Assembly: GCA_040954595.2 (NCBI GenBank)
Contig: CM082582.2
Location: forward strand, 8,700,425-8,764,424
Length of the DNA: 64,000 nt
Direction of reading: 5' to 3'
Origin: Balanoglossus misakiensis
Taxonomy: Eukaryota > Animalia > Hemichordata
Of the stretch, positions 27,001-42,476 are shown in pieces. Every line of letters begins with the position of its first letter. Position 1 is the stretch's first letter. The notes beneath the pieces were generated by a model. That model was not told where the DNA came from, did no database searches, and saw only the letters and a list, made by a program, of their open reading frames with translations. The position numbers and the translations under genes are program-made.

Positions 27001-30000
27001 GATTCCTAAATGCTCGTTAAATACGCCGCGTATCAATTTCATCCACACGAGTGGGAATATCCCCCAGGTCATGCAGGCAGAGCATGGGGTACTGGAAATG
27101 CGACGAACTCGGTCAAGTATTGTATGTATATGAAGAAGGGAAAGTAGCGACCCGCCAGGACAACACGAACCCACAATTCTCAAGATGATGACGGTTTTTG
27201 ACAGTGGCTGTTTGCTTGGCGGGCAATCGGCCTCCCTCTCGGGACTGGCATACATCAAAGGCATATGTGAGCCATTACTATCACTCGCTGACGTGCCGCG
27301 CCGTTGGAGGGGTTCTCTCGTCAGATTTCTCACGTGCGTATATTTTCGGGCGAGCGAGCGTGTTGAAATCAGGTTGCCAAGGCTATTTCCAACGCATTAT
27401 CTTTGACATTTTCTGAAACTCTCTTCTTTAATAGCGCCCACCGACCGATGTATTATTCCAGCATTTTCAATGAGATAATACATCCGAAACAGGATTATTA
27501 ATGCTAAACTGTAGTAGACAAACACGCCGCAAATTATTACATTTTTTATCTTCTACAAAAGAAGATAATTTTCTTTCTGTCGTCAGCCCGGTGATGAATA
27601 CGTACGCTTTAAACCACTGGCATTAATGCGTTTTTCAAAAACGAGATTTTAAGCAGAAAGTGACAGGCCTTTTTAGAGTACTGAGCAGACAGGCGATATC
27701 GCTTCCCTTAACAGGGGAATGTGACAATCACGATCTCGAGATTTGAAGGGAAAAAAACTCAACTCGACTAGCTACCTGTATCCGTTTCCGAACACACGCA
27801 GACAATGACAAGAGATTGGTGAATTTCTCAGTATTCGCAAATTAAAGCAGTTTGATTTTACTTATAATCTATGTTGGATTCTCGCGGCCCGTCTCTCGCT
27901 GTTACTTTCGTTTTTTTCTTCGCGCTCTCGCAAATTCTCGCACCGTCTGGGTTTTTTCGTGCCTTTATAGATAACATAGAATAAGATCGCATTGAGTCTT
28001 GTGCCCGAGCTCAGCAAAATATTATCAGAACGCGAGTAATGATGTAACTATAATACCATTGGTGCGAACATGTGACGACGTTGTAAATAAAAAAAAAATA
28101 CCATAACGACCACGCTAGGTTCACATTACCACTTCCTGAACTGCTCTTTTTTGTTTCACCAGTCAATTGCCCACGAAATATCAAAAGGGTAATTTGAGGT
28201 GTTGAGGCACGGCGTGAAAAAATCACTTAATAAAGACTTCGTTAGTGGTGACGCAGACAGCCAAGCTTACACATTTGAAAAATTAACGGTAGCCGCAGCG
28301 CATGGTGATAGCTTGTGTCATACGGAGGCTTATATCAATTTCTTGCAGGTAATGCCCGGGGATTAGATATATATCCCAGCTCTAAATGGCAATCAGACGA
28401 ACAAGTCGTATGTATAAAGGACTATGCATAGGCGCACATCAGAAAATCCGCGAGACAGACGGCAGGTAAATTCCCGCCAAAACAGCTTTCCGCAGTCAAG
28501 TCACATTTTTCGGGCCGAATGACGAATTTGTTAGCTGAATAGATCTAGAATGGAACGTGATTTACTGGGTGTAGGTTGGGGTGTGCTGACAAATTTCAGA
28601 AATCACATCACCTTGAAGTTATTTTGTTATAAGTGGTTCACTTACCGTCAATAGCAGCTGTGTGTAGGAACTAGCTTGATCACGCGCTAGCTCAGTACTG
28701 AGAGAATATAAGAAAGGAAGCTCATCTTACCCTGCCAATGCAATCGGTCGCTCATCCACGTGACCCGATTGCATTCATTTGGGTTTCTGCGATTGACATA
28801 GAAGGGGAGGGGTGCACCGTTCTGTGAGACCCTGACGCGCGCGCGTGCCTGGAATCTACGATATTGCCAACATCCGCCGAGACATGTCGAGCATGTCTCC
28901 TGCAAAAGAGTTGTCGGTCAACCGTGTTGTTTATCGCCCAGGAAAGTGTCGTGACAACACCGCGACACTTTGGAGAAAAAAGCTCCTCTCACCGCGTTCA
29001 ACCTCCGCGTCGGCAATTTTTCCTAACGTGATAAATGGCATGTTCATAAATTGCACTGACAGTATTCTAGGCCCGTCGATTTATGCGTCTCTGAGATTTT
29101 CACCGGTTACTATGGCGACTTTAATAGCTTACAGGGTACTTATTTAGGGAGCAAAAAATCACGAGAAAAAAAATCGAAAATTACAGTGAAGGGCAGATGA
29201 GATAATGAACTCCAACCGCTTTCGGGCACGAACTATATCACTATAGGCCAGGCTGGAGAAATTTTTGTTTTAACATTAATATCCCTAGGGCGAATCATTT
29301 ACTCACAAATTTCAATGAGGTTCAAAATTTGGTGACATCCAAATATTGAGTTTAATCTATCTATTCAAGCAATAATTAATCATTTTAAGTCGCGTTATTG
29401 TCACCCATGAATTGTTTAAGTCTATCGATAGAATGTTTTATCTGCAAAGCCGATTGGGGTTGAAGGCCCTCGGGTTACAAGGCCTATTATAGCTAGGGCG
29501 GTCTACAGAGTGGAGCAGTAAAGGATTCATCATTAAGTTGTCTAATGGATAGATTATTTGGTAGACCATATGGTCTTTTCTTTTCAACCATTTGGAAATC
29601 TTGACAGACGTAACTTTACCTATAGTTCTGTACATGCACAGTCACAGTGCGCAAGTTTATCCATTTTAAGTCGTACCTCCCGTCTGCCTGTCTGTCTGTC
29701 TATCTCTGTGTGTGTTTGTCAGTACAGTCATGGTTACACGAAAAAAGGCGAAAAAAGGCTCCGTTTTTCCCGCCAAGAAACCGACCGTGTGCAAAATAGA
29801 GGCGGTCGTAAACGTTAAAGAGATAATGAACTACATCAAATCGAGAAGTATAAGTCACACATAGCACTTACCACGGAGTTTAATATAAAACAAAATATTT
29901 TCGTAAATTATACCGTTTATCAAAAGGATCGCATATATGTCGGGTCAATCTCATAAATCGGTAGTATATCACTTAATAGGTAAATCATTTAATAGTGTCA

Positions 30001-30640
30001 TTCACACACACGCGGCTTCTGATGAATTGCTCTGAAATGACAGGCCCTGCCCGGCCGCCAGACAGCTTGATCATTTTTTGCGTTGTTATCAGCCATCATA
30101 CGCTAGATCATAGATGCAGCGTTATCGCAATGGCGCTGATAAGCCGGAAGCAGGTACACCGTCCGCGATTCATTATTAGTGGAGATGCAACGGGCACTTG
30201 CCAAGTTACCATGGCGATTATCTCCTCGTGGAAACACCGGCTGAAATTAACCTTTAGTCGCCACTGGCAACAAACGGGGGCTGGCCTTTAGGATAATACT
30301 GAAGTGATAATGCATGCATGATGATTGTCCATGCCTTGTTTTCTGACCACGTCAGGCAGCATTTTCAATATCACTTTTGACATTATCTTGGCATACTCGC
30401 TGACATCTTGAAATGGATGATATTGCATTACGGTGGGCATATTGTGATAGTTATAAAGAATACAAGTGCCGACTACTTAAGTCGTCAAGCAAACTATCTA
30501 CGCTGATTTCACTGATGTGTCCGCTCTCTTTATTGTCAAGGTATATTAAAATCAGAACAGAGCTGCCCGATCTCCCATCTCCATTGCGTTTTTTTCTGTC
30601 ATTTCTACTTCTCATCACGTGGGGGTGTCCACTATCACTA

Positions 30641-30658
30641 CCACCACCGTCGTCGTCG

Positions 30659-30692
<34 letters not shown>

Positions 30693-30693
30693 T

Positions 30694-30745
<52 letters not shown>
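30641..30745. repeat. Trinucleotide microsatellite (CAC)/(CGT)/(CAT)n
   Basis: About 28 CAT units preceded by short CAC and CGT runs. Explains the poly-S, poly-I and poly-M ORFs. Confidence 0.95.
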
Positions 30746-33700
30746 GTTTTTTTTTTGCAGACGATGAGCGATTGTTACTTGTCGCCAGGTCATCCTCAGT
30801 TGTCTTCAAGGTCAGACTGACAATGACAGTGAGAGTGTATAGTGTTCACAGTCTTGTCTCTTCTGCGTCGGTGAATTCTGCATCGCGAGGAGTGATCGCT
30901 CTTCTAACAGAGCAATGTGTTCAGTTGCTGTGTACGAGAGTAGACCTGGAATTAATTGACATGCAGTCAGTGACCATCTCCGATCCGAGCCCTAAAGTAT
31001 AATAAGTTTAATAGGTTTCATCTTTGATGAGTTGGTTTGACCCAGCGCCACTTAAGCGATGCGATCGCTCAACAACTGCGAACGAGCCGTCACACTGCCC
31101 GTACCTAACAATCAGCGAAGCTCTCTAACACTCATCGGATAGAAATCACTTGTCGTTAACCTGGAGCTAGCCACCGTGGCTTTTCATTTTCTCGATTTTT
31201 TCCCCTCGAGGCCATGCACCCGGACCGCTAAAACGGCAACGAATGCACGCTGCAGTTACAACTTCAGGAGAAACCTCGACCGCGTGGCTAAATACACATA
31301 CCATCAAATAATTAACCCCGTATACCCTCGTGATTTTCCACCGATTTATCGCACAGATTTCCAAAAAGTAAATATAGGACACTGAATAAGCCAGGTACTA
31401 TAGGCCTCAAGTGACGTTCATTCAACTCTCACTGTCGAAACGAATTCCGTGTGTCGAGATTTTAGCACACAGCTAATCAGTTAAAGGTTCGCAAACACTT
31501 TCCATTTCAAGTCTTGCACTTTCCCCACGCAGTAATTACATCGGGCTGATTAAATAGTAAATATTCGCTGCATTTCTTCTAATATCTCAAAATTGCCTGC
31601 ACCACCGCAGTGATGAATTGCGCGCCGTGACCTTGAACTCAGTGGACCGGTAATTTTAACGAAAGAAAATGAAAGATGATTGCTCTCTCAATAATTTTCA
31701 ATGGTGTTGCTTAAGTGTCACCAACAGCACAACATACACAGATAAAAGACACATTTCTCTAAAATCGGGCCACGTGACCTTTGTCTTCCAAGTTTAGTTC
31801 AGCATAATAATTTTCAGACGATGCTCCCTGTTGGCAACCATCTAGAGCAAATCGTTTATTGGATTATGTGCCCCGGGTTTGATATTCGAACAGGGACCCT
31901 TGGTATAAGTGCGTATATATCGAAACCGAGTCTCTATACAACGAGTCTCGAGCGCAATTGTGATTTTTGAAAATTATTTTCGTTTACTATCTCGTTGCAA
32001 AGCTGATCCTGACGTAAGACCCTTTGTTGACAATGCTGAAGAACAGGTGCGACATGCTGTAGCGGACCAATCGTTTGCGAACCTAAGATTTCAAATGCGC
32101 GTTGAGCGGCTGGGTCCCTTCAAGAGGTGTTCGGTGGCGGCTTTCACTAGCAGGCAATTAGGACTTTCGCTGCAGAAGACGAAGTACCTCGCACCCTGAA
32201 ATTCAGCTCTGCAAAAGAAGTTGATTACTAGTCACGGGTCCAATCACGAGCACGACCCTGCGATTTTCTTGAATACACAATTTACTCAAACAGACAAATC
32301 GGCGTGTAATTTCATTGTGGGGGTGACGTCATGAAAGTAAGAGCTTATTTGATTTACCTCGGATGCGGAATATCAAGGGTCCAACTATATACGCCACTGC
32401 AGGCAGCGTTCGCAGCAAACATCATTTTGAGTTTTACTGTGATTGTTTTGTCGCTCGCGTTCCCGTTGGTTGAACGACGGTCTGTATAAACGCGCGACAG
32501 GAAAATATGTCATGAAACATATTCAACCACCGTGACAAAGTTCGCGAGTATACTCTCTTTTACTTTCGGTACGGTCATTGCTGCTGTTGATTGGTGTGGT
32601 ATCGGAGGGCAATTCACTCATACATTTTGGCCAACACAAAATTAGACCGCCAGTAAGCAATATACGCCTACTCGCATTAGCGAACAAGCAAGCATGCATG
32701 CGAAGGTACATGATGATAAATCGAAAATCGATTCTTCGCGTGTTCACTTCCGTGACGAGCTTTCCACGTTCAAGGTACAGAATAGTGTTTTAAGATTCAT
32801 GTTTATATCTAATTATATGAACATGAGCAGCAGACAGACAGACAGACAGACAGGCAGACAAATTGCACACAATTGGCACGTTTACTAGAATATCGGAGCT
32901 AAATGACTTATCGATGCAGACTACTGTATAGTCAACTAATCATGCCCGAGTAACTGCCGAAAACTCGCTGCGGCAGTTCAAGAAATTGACCCGTGGCAAC
33001 CGCTGAAGAAGTTGCGTGCACGCAACGGGGTGCCCATTCGCTCGCCAGGCACGTCATTGCAATCCAAACAGCGATCGCCGCGGTTGTTGCCAATGCAGGT
33101 CACGACTCCAGCAGTCCAGAGGACCGTCCGCAAGGACCCTGGTCGACTAATTTGATTAGACGTGAAGGGAAACTGAACGGGAACGCGTGCGTATATACGC
33201 GGGGTCCAAATAAGAAGTAGAAATTGCACATATTTGGGATGCACTTGACGAGGCAATTCTGTCTCCCCGAGGACGTTTCTGCATGTTGTTTGTGGTATGA
33301 TTAGTTCTCCCTAGTGGCCGTCGAGCGCATCTTTGTCCTTGGCATCACGTGGAAAACCAACCGTGGATTTCCCTTCGGTGCACGGATAGCAAAACTCTGA
33401 CTTTTAAAAAACATGTTTGTATTTCTGACAAGGATTTTCTACGTAAGCAGGTTAATATGAGAGCTGCCAAGTCAGGCATGCTGACGTTGATTACGGACTT
33501 TAATTCAATCGTCATTCATTCGGGGACTAGTACTGGTCCACGAACCAGATCAAATACACACACATACAAACACAATCTTTTCAGAGCAACAAGAAATATC
33601 AACGTATTTCGCTCTAATGCGTCAAGTATTGTACGATTTCACCCAGTACACCAAGCACAAAAAGCCGAAGTTTTGCCACCGGTAAAACGTGAAAATAATC

Positions 33701-36700
33701 CCTTCTATATTCAAAAGATGACTTGTGTGCATCTTCTCGTGGAAGACTTTTCAAAGCCATCGAGTTTTTGAAGGCTTTCACTAATTCTGCCTGATAAGTA
33801 ACAAAACGAGTAACCGTAGGCCTTTTTTTATTCTTTCTTATTTGGGTATGCGACTCGATTGCCAGGTAACCATGGCAACTCAAAGTCTACGTGATGCGAA
33901 TATTAATGATGTAATGTCTTCTCATGCTATTCGTCCAACCGTTCCCGTTTCTGGGAAGGAAGCTGACGCATAACACTTCGCAGAAATGTTCGATTTCTTT
34001 GCGGAGAGCAAATCAGTGATTCTATGAAATGTTGTCACATGATTGCATCCTTTCAAAAACATATACGGGTCTCAAAACATGAAAGTCTAAGTCAACCCAT
34101 TCCCTTATCGCCAGAAATATATGCCAAATGCAAAACAGGTATACACCTATTTCTTCCCTCTTGATAACCTTGAAAATCACGATATGGAGTTTTGTAAATT
34201 GCTCACACTCACTTATTTCTCATGTGTACCAGTTTAGAAATTCAAAAACGCGCTTCAACCCTCCCATTTATTGAAACCAATCAAACGTTTTGAATTTTAA
34301 TGGAGTCCAGAGAGGGTCACGTGACGTCGATCAACACCACTCTCGAAGATAAGCAATCGCGGAGCACTAAAAAGCGGTGAGGCGTACGTGCATCCATTGG
34401 TTGAATGAACGAATTTCAGAGGGGACCAGGAAATTAAAGAAATGAAGTGTTGAGAGAGAGACAGGGACCCCTCGTGCCTGCAACAAGTGACCGCATTTAC
34501 GAGTTCCATTGATGCCTACTGTCGACGCTAAGTAACTCCACTCAAGAGAGAGGAAATGCACGCGCCGGTTCACTTACCGAAATGCAAATATCAAAACTGA
34601 AAAGGGAAAGAGGCCTTTACTATGCAGCGATGACTGTAAATGTAGCTAATCATAAACTTGTCATTTGTTTTGCCTTCACGGTTTGTAAGCATCTCGTCTT
34701 ATTCAAGGCTTCGATTTTTTTTGGATAGCTGCCGAATTCTGACTGCCAGGCTTCAGAAGGACGTAGATAGAAGGCAGTCGAACTGTGTCCCTTTAATGCT
34801 TGTCCGAAGATTTCCACATAATGAGCCCGTGATAAAAAGGCAACTGGCCTATATAGTATCGGAGCGGAAGTCCATCTAAATCTCCCACATCAACAAGAAT
34901 CAAACGCTTACGTGGGCTACCCAATAGCGTTGAAGTGAAAGATATTGAGTTAAGTGGTATCACTGCCCGACAAGTCAACCCGATCGATGGCTTGGATGTT
35001 GTGTACACGAACACGTTCGGAGGACTTGGGCGAGTCATCACTTTCCTACATGCCGTTACACACATGCACGCACGTAACCTTTACCGTCGCCACGCCCAAA
35101 AGTTAATTTGTAAAAACCTAGGACAGGTCGTTAGTATTCCTCTCAGAATGGCAGACGTGACAACGAACACCCACAAGTAGTACTGGCCTGGTGGTAGTAT
35201 GTGTGTAGAATATTCATCAAGATGGCCATCATAAAAAAAGTCATGAATATCCGTGAAGAAATTCATGAAAATTATTTACATCTTTCTCCTTCTTCCTGCG
35301 CCTCAGTGGACTCCGTTTGTTCATGACCCATTCTAGTTTTATGCTTACATGTGACGCCGTAAATGTCGACACGCAAGGCAAGGACGGGTTGACGTGCCTG
35401 GACTGAAAGGAAATGGAAATTTTATGCAATGATATAATTAATTGCTTCTCGGAAATCAATCGCTTTGTAGCGGTGTTTAAATCGTGCAGGTTTCAGCTAG
35501 GAGTCGCGATCGATTGTCCCCGGCCGAGGAGCCTATGCAACGTTTTCCTCCATCATATTTCTGATAGAAGGTCATCAATAACATGCGATGGGTTATCTAC
35601 AAATAGACTGAAGATACCCTAATGAAGTCACGTGACCAAGCTTATCAATTCGCCGCCTACGTCTGTTTGTTGCGGATGTTCGAAGGAAATAAACCCACGT
35701 TCCTTTCTTACTCTCTGTCTCTCTCTCTCGCTCACTTTTGTTTCTGAAATTAATCATTCTGTCACGTGTCAAGGTAGACTGAGACAGCCGGGATCAGCCT
35801 GCAGATTCCGCGCCTCAAAACGCACCTGCCAATCTGTCTCCATGGATACGCTCTTTGACTCCGAAATGAAGCGACTGTAATGAAACGGATCCGAGACGAC
35901 GAGAGGGAAGAAAAGAAGGAGACCTTTCACGTTTTCTCATAAAACAGACATGACGGCCCATAATTCAATTTTCCTTTGTTTATTTTTTGACAGCCAATAT
36001 CACCACGGTGCCGGACAAACGGAAATCGTGGATTCTGGAAATGCGTTGTTTCGTCACGTGGTAACGTTCTAGCTGCGACGTTAACAGTTTTTATTAGGCA
36101 ATATTGAACAGTCATATACTGTGAAATCGCTTTGACTATATATGACTGCTGGAAGATAGAAATATGTGAAAGGAGGTCGCGGCAGCAATTCATTTACCAG
36201 GTCGCCTGCATTGATGACGTGTATATACTGCAGTCATCCTGGATAATATTGACCTTCTGTGTACACCACCTCGAGTGCTTTAATATTCTGTGTCTCATTA
36301 ATTCATCTTTCTTTTCTCTGCTGCACAATCCAAGATGCAAGAATAACGCACTGTTCGGTTTTTGTCAGTCTCCTGCTGAAATTGCGTTAGCAACATTGCG
36401 AGTTAAAAGCATCAAAACTTATTTCTAACCACGGACACACGCCAAGTAGAATACATGTCAACCCCATTATTCTCTCAAACAGAAGCAAATCTCAAAGAAA
36501 TTTGGCCAGGGTTGCCTTTTGCTCGACCCAAATCCCTGCATTTCATTTTTCTTCTCTTTGCCTTGCGGGTAAGCATTAATTTATTTCATTGTAGTAACAG
36601 TTAATTAAATTTCTCCATTTTCACTGGATGGCCAATAAATCATGGCGAGCTTTCAAATTTTACGTTTGACTTAATGCCCGGTAGATCGTTTACTTCGTTT

Positions 36701-39700
36701 TAATAAGATATTTCATTTCGAATAGCAATGGTGGAAGTAATAAAAGGTATACGACTGGCATTATTGGCCAACCTGTTTATTGAAGGAACTGAGAGCAAAC
36801 AAGAACGCTTTCGTCACGAATTCTTCGTCATTGACTGAGCTCGAGATCTGCTGTCGTCAAAACGTTTGTCGAGTTCTGATGACGTCAAGGCACCGACTTC
36901 TTGACTTCAGAATGTATGATGATTGAGATCCTTGATTTTGATTGACGATGTGTTGACATTGTGTTATGATGTAGCGCGCGGGGGAGGGGTGTTCGGGGTG
37001 TGTGATGGCAAGGCCAGTTCTTGTGCCTTGAAGTGAGATTCGTATTCTTTGTCTTGCACATTATACGTCGAGAGCAATCGACGTTGCATCGCGTGACCTC
37101 ACCTGGCCTTCGGATTGGCGTTTGGGAGTGACGTTTGATTTGAAGTGGCGTTTGCTCGACCTGGCGTGACCCAACGCCCGTGTGCCCCCGATGTGACGTT
37201 TCGTGGTGTTATTTGTCGTGACTAGACATGGCATGCCGTGACGTAACGTGAAGTGACGTTGCGTGTACTTGTGCGTTCTGTGTTGTTTTGCTTTCTTACG
37301 ACGCGGTTATATGTGCCAGGCAGACTTGTGACGTCATACTGCTCAATTTGAATCGGATGTGCTATGGTGGTGTGGTGTGAATTATATGGTGTAATGTGAA
37401 TTACATGTATGTGGTGTGGTGTTTACATGATTCATATGCACAACACTCGAACGCCACACTTTCGACGAAGCATTTCTCATGATAATGCAATAACAAATGG
37501 CATCCTATCTTATTTGAAATTAAAAAAAAATGAATCAATGTTGAAATTGACAAACGGCATTGCCAGATCACTGCTTATTTATTTCCCAGACTACAGTGCT
37601 GATCATTTCAAGCGATGGCTGCACACATGGCCACACATAATCCGCTCTCCCGGGTTTCGCTTCCCCCTGGATAATCGGGAACGAGTGTCAAAGCAACAAT
37701 GAAACACCTCTACAGACCTGGTAATCTTCTCTGAAAAGTCGCCTTTAGCAAATCTTCCACAATAAACACACAGTAAGTACAGTCGGCTACTGTCTGTGGT
37801 ATTGCCCAAGGCGATTTCTGACAAAGATTTGACATAATACCGTTATTATAACACGATTTGTTGGTGACGTCCATAATACCGTGTGTCTGGGTAGCGACTT
37901 ATGCGCACTACTCTAGAGATAATTAAATTTCTGAAAGCAAAGTCACAATGCATCTCGTACTAGAAATAAGTTCTTATTCATACATGGACAAAGGTGGTTT
38001 TGTGAATTAATTGGATAGTGCGAAACAAACGGGATGGAGAATATTTTGGGTCTCGCGAGGAATGAAAGAGACACGGAGAGGAGAGACAGCGGGGAGGGGA
38101 GAGAGGGAGGTGGGGGTGGAGAGAGACAGATAGAGAGAGGGACTTTACGAAGATACTGCAGCGTATAGTATTACCAAGAATTTCATCAAAGTAAGCAGTG
38201 TGCACGTTATCATGTATGCTCGTACACCTGCATGGCGTTGACAAGCGGTGTGTTCATATAATCTGCCTGCGTTGTCCCTATATCTAGCGATCACTTGCAG
38301 CTGCTCTTCAAATAGCGAAAACTTGAGATCTGCAGAGGCCAGCTCTAGTCGATGCAGGGTATTCAGACAGTCGTCATCCATGGCCGGTTAGTGGCAATGT
38401 AAGGCAAGCTGCCTTTCAATCATGGTTCCATTCACTGGGCAACGGCAAAGCGAGAAAAGAAAAAAAGGCGAAGGAGCATCGTGTGTCACTTAGCTTCATT
38501 ATGGACGCCTATACACTCTAAACTTTGCTTAATAGCGTATCGCAGCCTCCTGTAAAGCAGTGCGGGCTTGTTAAAAAGCACTCGTCTTTATTGCTGTTTG
38601 ATTGATTGGGGTCTTGATTATCTTACACTCCAAATTCCGCAATCAGAGATGCCGATCGACTCATCCATTTTCGATGTGTGGATGAATACTGGGATGGATG
38701 GTGTTTTTTAGGGGGGGCTCGACATAAGATTGATTAGCCCTGGGTCCATGGGTCTGTCGGGTTCATTCTGGTAGTTCCCTCAACGTATACTGGAAAACGG
38801 GGACCGTTGTGAATATTCAATTTTCCATGTTTGCGTTGGTGTTTCTTGTTTTGTATAACCCCGTATCTTCTCTCGAACTTGTAATGAAATTATGTTGTGA
38901 AATCAATATCATTAAATGTCGCCTACGCCATCCCACGCAGGAACTGACAAAATTGATTTGAATCTCACTACAGTGTTGCTCAAGTTTAAGGCAAACATTC
39001 TCGAGAATTCCCACTTTTACCCGTGTCGATGGCCGTTGCTATGGTTATGTCTCAGGTGACAACGTGCGTCCGGTTGTGCGTTTAGTACAAAACCTGAGCG
39101 TGTTTAAGGGCCCGTCGCGTTAACACACAAATGGCAAATTATTTCTACTCGGTTGACGAGTAACATGACCATCGTAGCGGGCGCCAGGACCCCTCGCTTC
39201 AAATCTTAACTGTGCTGTGCGTTGTATTGGTCACGATTTTTACGCGTGGAATCTTCTTGGGCGAAGTAGGCCTAACTTGCATTTTTTTTTTCCAATTGCG
39301 TTTCATTTCCCCTCGTCACAGCCCGATGATCATATCCATCAGTTTTATCCTTGAAAACGCATTAAATCATATGAACAGCGTTGGCGACCCGGCCTTTCAG
39401 GCGCTAATCAGCTGACAAACCCCCCTTCTGAAAAGAAAACGGCCATTAGCCAATGACAACAAGACGCGTGGATAATGAGCCAATCACCGATGACCTTGCA
39501 TCGCCCGAAGAGCACGTCTCCTAGCAACCGATCTGAGCTTCTCGCACAGAAAACCATATTCCGCAGGTGTAATGGTCTCCGGTATCCAGCGAAAGTGTGT
39601 ACATGCCCCTAGCTGTGACCGTGTGTCAAGCTGGGACCAACACATTTCTGTTACCAAGGTAACAAAACCGATGCTTCGCAGAACTGCAAAAATACATGGG

Positions 39701-42476
39701 GAAATATCTTGTGAAATTTCACTTCTCCCGGCAAACAATATCACTTTGCGCAGAGCTGATCATAATGACTGAATCGGTGTCAGTTACCGAGTCGGACATC
39801 TACATTTGTACTTGTAGTTTGGAACTATTATTCTAATAACGTCACTATCAATTTAATTCTCCAAAAAGCCCTAACCCTGAGTTCAAAAGGCACTCAAAAT
39901 TATTAATTTTATATTGTTAATAACGAAAGTGGAATCGGCGATTAGTTTATCATGTGTGTTAGCAATTGCTCTTCAGTCGCAATAACAAACCAAAGCGGAT
40001 ATCTCCAAGGCCACGACGTTGTTTTAGAAATACAATACAAACGAACGTTTTTAGCGAAACCAAATCGAAGTAGGTATAGAAGTTTGTTTCATCATTAGCG
40101 TAATAACGACGACAAGCTTGTGAACAAGCAAGACGATGGAATTTTGCCAAAGTGCACGATATGGACATATGTTCTGGGGTAATATGCATATATCACACAC
40201 AAATCATATAGGCTTATGATGATAAATGTCAATGATAACCACCTTTTTTGTTGATATGATGAGAGTACATGTCGATGGAGGATTTAGAGTAATTGTTGCC
40301 AGGAGACGGTCTTAACGATCTGTCCATATTATTCGATCACCACGGTAACGACAGAGACGTCATCATATACACACTCCAGAGTTAGCGAGCATAAAATATT
40401 TACGATGTTTATTCTTTCCCGCGTAGCTCTTGGGAAATTCGCTGTCCTATACATACGAACGATATGAACTTTCAATGGAAAAGCAGGGGTGGAGTTTTTT
40501 TTCTCTCGCAAGGCATCATTTATATTTGAGGTATTCAACGACTACTTCGTAATCAATGTTTCCATTGCCGACAGCGGAAGTACAGTGTGCGTGTCAGGTG
40601 CACGGAAATTGCCGGCCATAGGGTGCCTTTGTCGAGCATAATGATTTTGAAGTCGCCAGTCTCCGATCGAAAAAAAAGTTTGTATTTTACAAATTACAAA
40701 TTGCCTGCAAATATCATCCCACGCTATCATGGCAACGGGCCAGATTCAGTTGTATGCACTGCCGTTACTTTTCGATTATTGGTAAATCACCAGTAACAGC
40801 AAATTCAGAGGCTGTCAACTAGTTCATTGATATATCGCTAGCGTGGCAGTGAATTTCAAATGAGTCGTAATTATGTGTAAAATATCACCTTGTAGATTTA
40901 TCAAGCTCTAAACATTGTAGATAAAGTAAGTGCATTTTACCATTAACTCTGAAAACAGTCGTCCCTGGTTCGTGTGCTGTGAACGCGAGCAGAATATTAA
41001 AAGTAAACGTACGATTGAGCACTATAGAAATCTAATTAAATCGACATCGCGCGCAGTCGGGCGATATTCTTTGTATATAAGCAGCCATTAAAATACATGT
41101 ACTGGCAAACACGGCTGTATAGGCCTGCATGTGTATCCAGGGGTCCCCCACTTAGCTAATATTTCTTATCTACCATGTCTCGGTAAAAATGGTACGATTG
41201 GAAAATCGTCACTGCACAACTGCCAGTGGCAAAAAGTTGTGACGAGTCCGTAGCATAGTTGCTGGCCGGTGTCCTAGGCCCACGATATCCATGTTACACT
41301 ATTTTCTATACCCAAGTTTCAATTTAATATATCGACGGTACATATATCTTGCAATAAGTCAAAATGCATAAAAAATAATTCCAAATATATTATGTTTAGT
41401 TTACACTTCTCTAGTGATCATTGCAAGTGTGTGTACGCGTACGTCATCGATCCGACAGCGTCAAAACTGCCAGTGAGGGCAACCTTCATGATCGTGCGCG
41501 AGATGTCTCCGGGTCTGGTGTCGCGAGTGGCGACCCTCATGAGTTCAAGATCAGGCGAATTAGGATGGTCGTGTCTTGCTACACGTAAGCAACGGGTACA
41601 TTGTGTGACAATATGAATTTATTCAACCTTTCTCGGCTATTTCTATACGCCGTTTAAATATAGCAGAGACCACGCCAAGCAAATACACTTTACGCCTCCA
41701 CGCTGACCGTTCACGTGATCACGAGACCTCACATGGCATGAATCTGACACCTGTCATGCTAGTATATACGTATCCTCAAAAGTGAAGGACGTTTGGCGTA
41801 CCTGAGGTGAAGTGTGAGCTTGAAAATCACGTGGGTGCTTTTTTTAAACAAGGCATGAACTATGCACAGAAATTTAGTGTACATTTTTGACCAGTTAGAA
41901 TTATTGAAACTGTCCTTTACATATTCAAACATGTTCTTCGTCAGAATAGTTTCCGGATATATAACATGATTTTGTTGAGAAAAAAATCACAAATGAATAG
42001 AAAATACCCCATACGCCCGTATACTTCTACTACAAGTGTAACTTATACAAGTACATGTATTGCCACAGTCTGGCTTACGAGGGCGCTATTCAATAATCAG
42101 TGGTGATGTGAAACAACGAACCAACTTATCCGTATAAATGTCCCAATTCTGATTCAGATTCGGTTAATCTGAGCCTGGAGTTACTGCTTTGAGTGTCTAT
42201 TTTTTACTTTAAATTCGCATTTCAAATTCCCGGCCGAATTACCAATTGTTAACACCCACTTTCGGACTTATTTTCAACGCAAGAGGTCAATATTTTACCA
42301 ACATTGACGATTGCTATTAGGACATTTCAAGCTAAGTCTGAATCTGAAAATATCGCTGAGTGAGTGACTTTTGCAACGGGTAAAGGTTACTCTCTGAACA
42401 GTTTGTACTTGACTGGGATTTGCTGGTGTCGTTTTTGCTGCTGCGTGGTAATTTGCCTTTAGTACACATCTTCAAC

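Noticed and set aside
30413-31002. Poly-Ser, poly-Ile and poly-Met ORFs
   Set aside because: Translations of a (CAT)n microsatellite.
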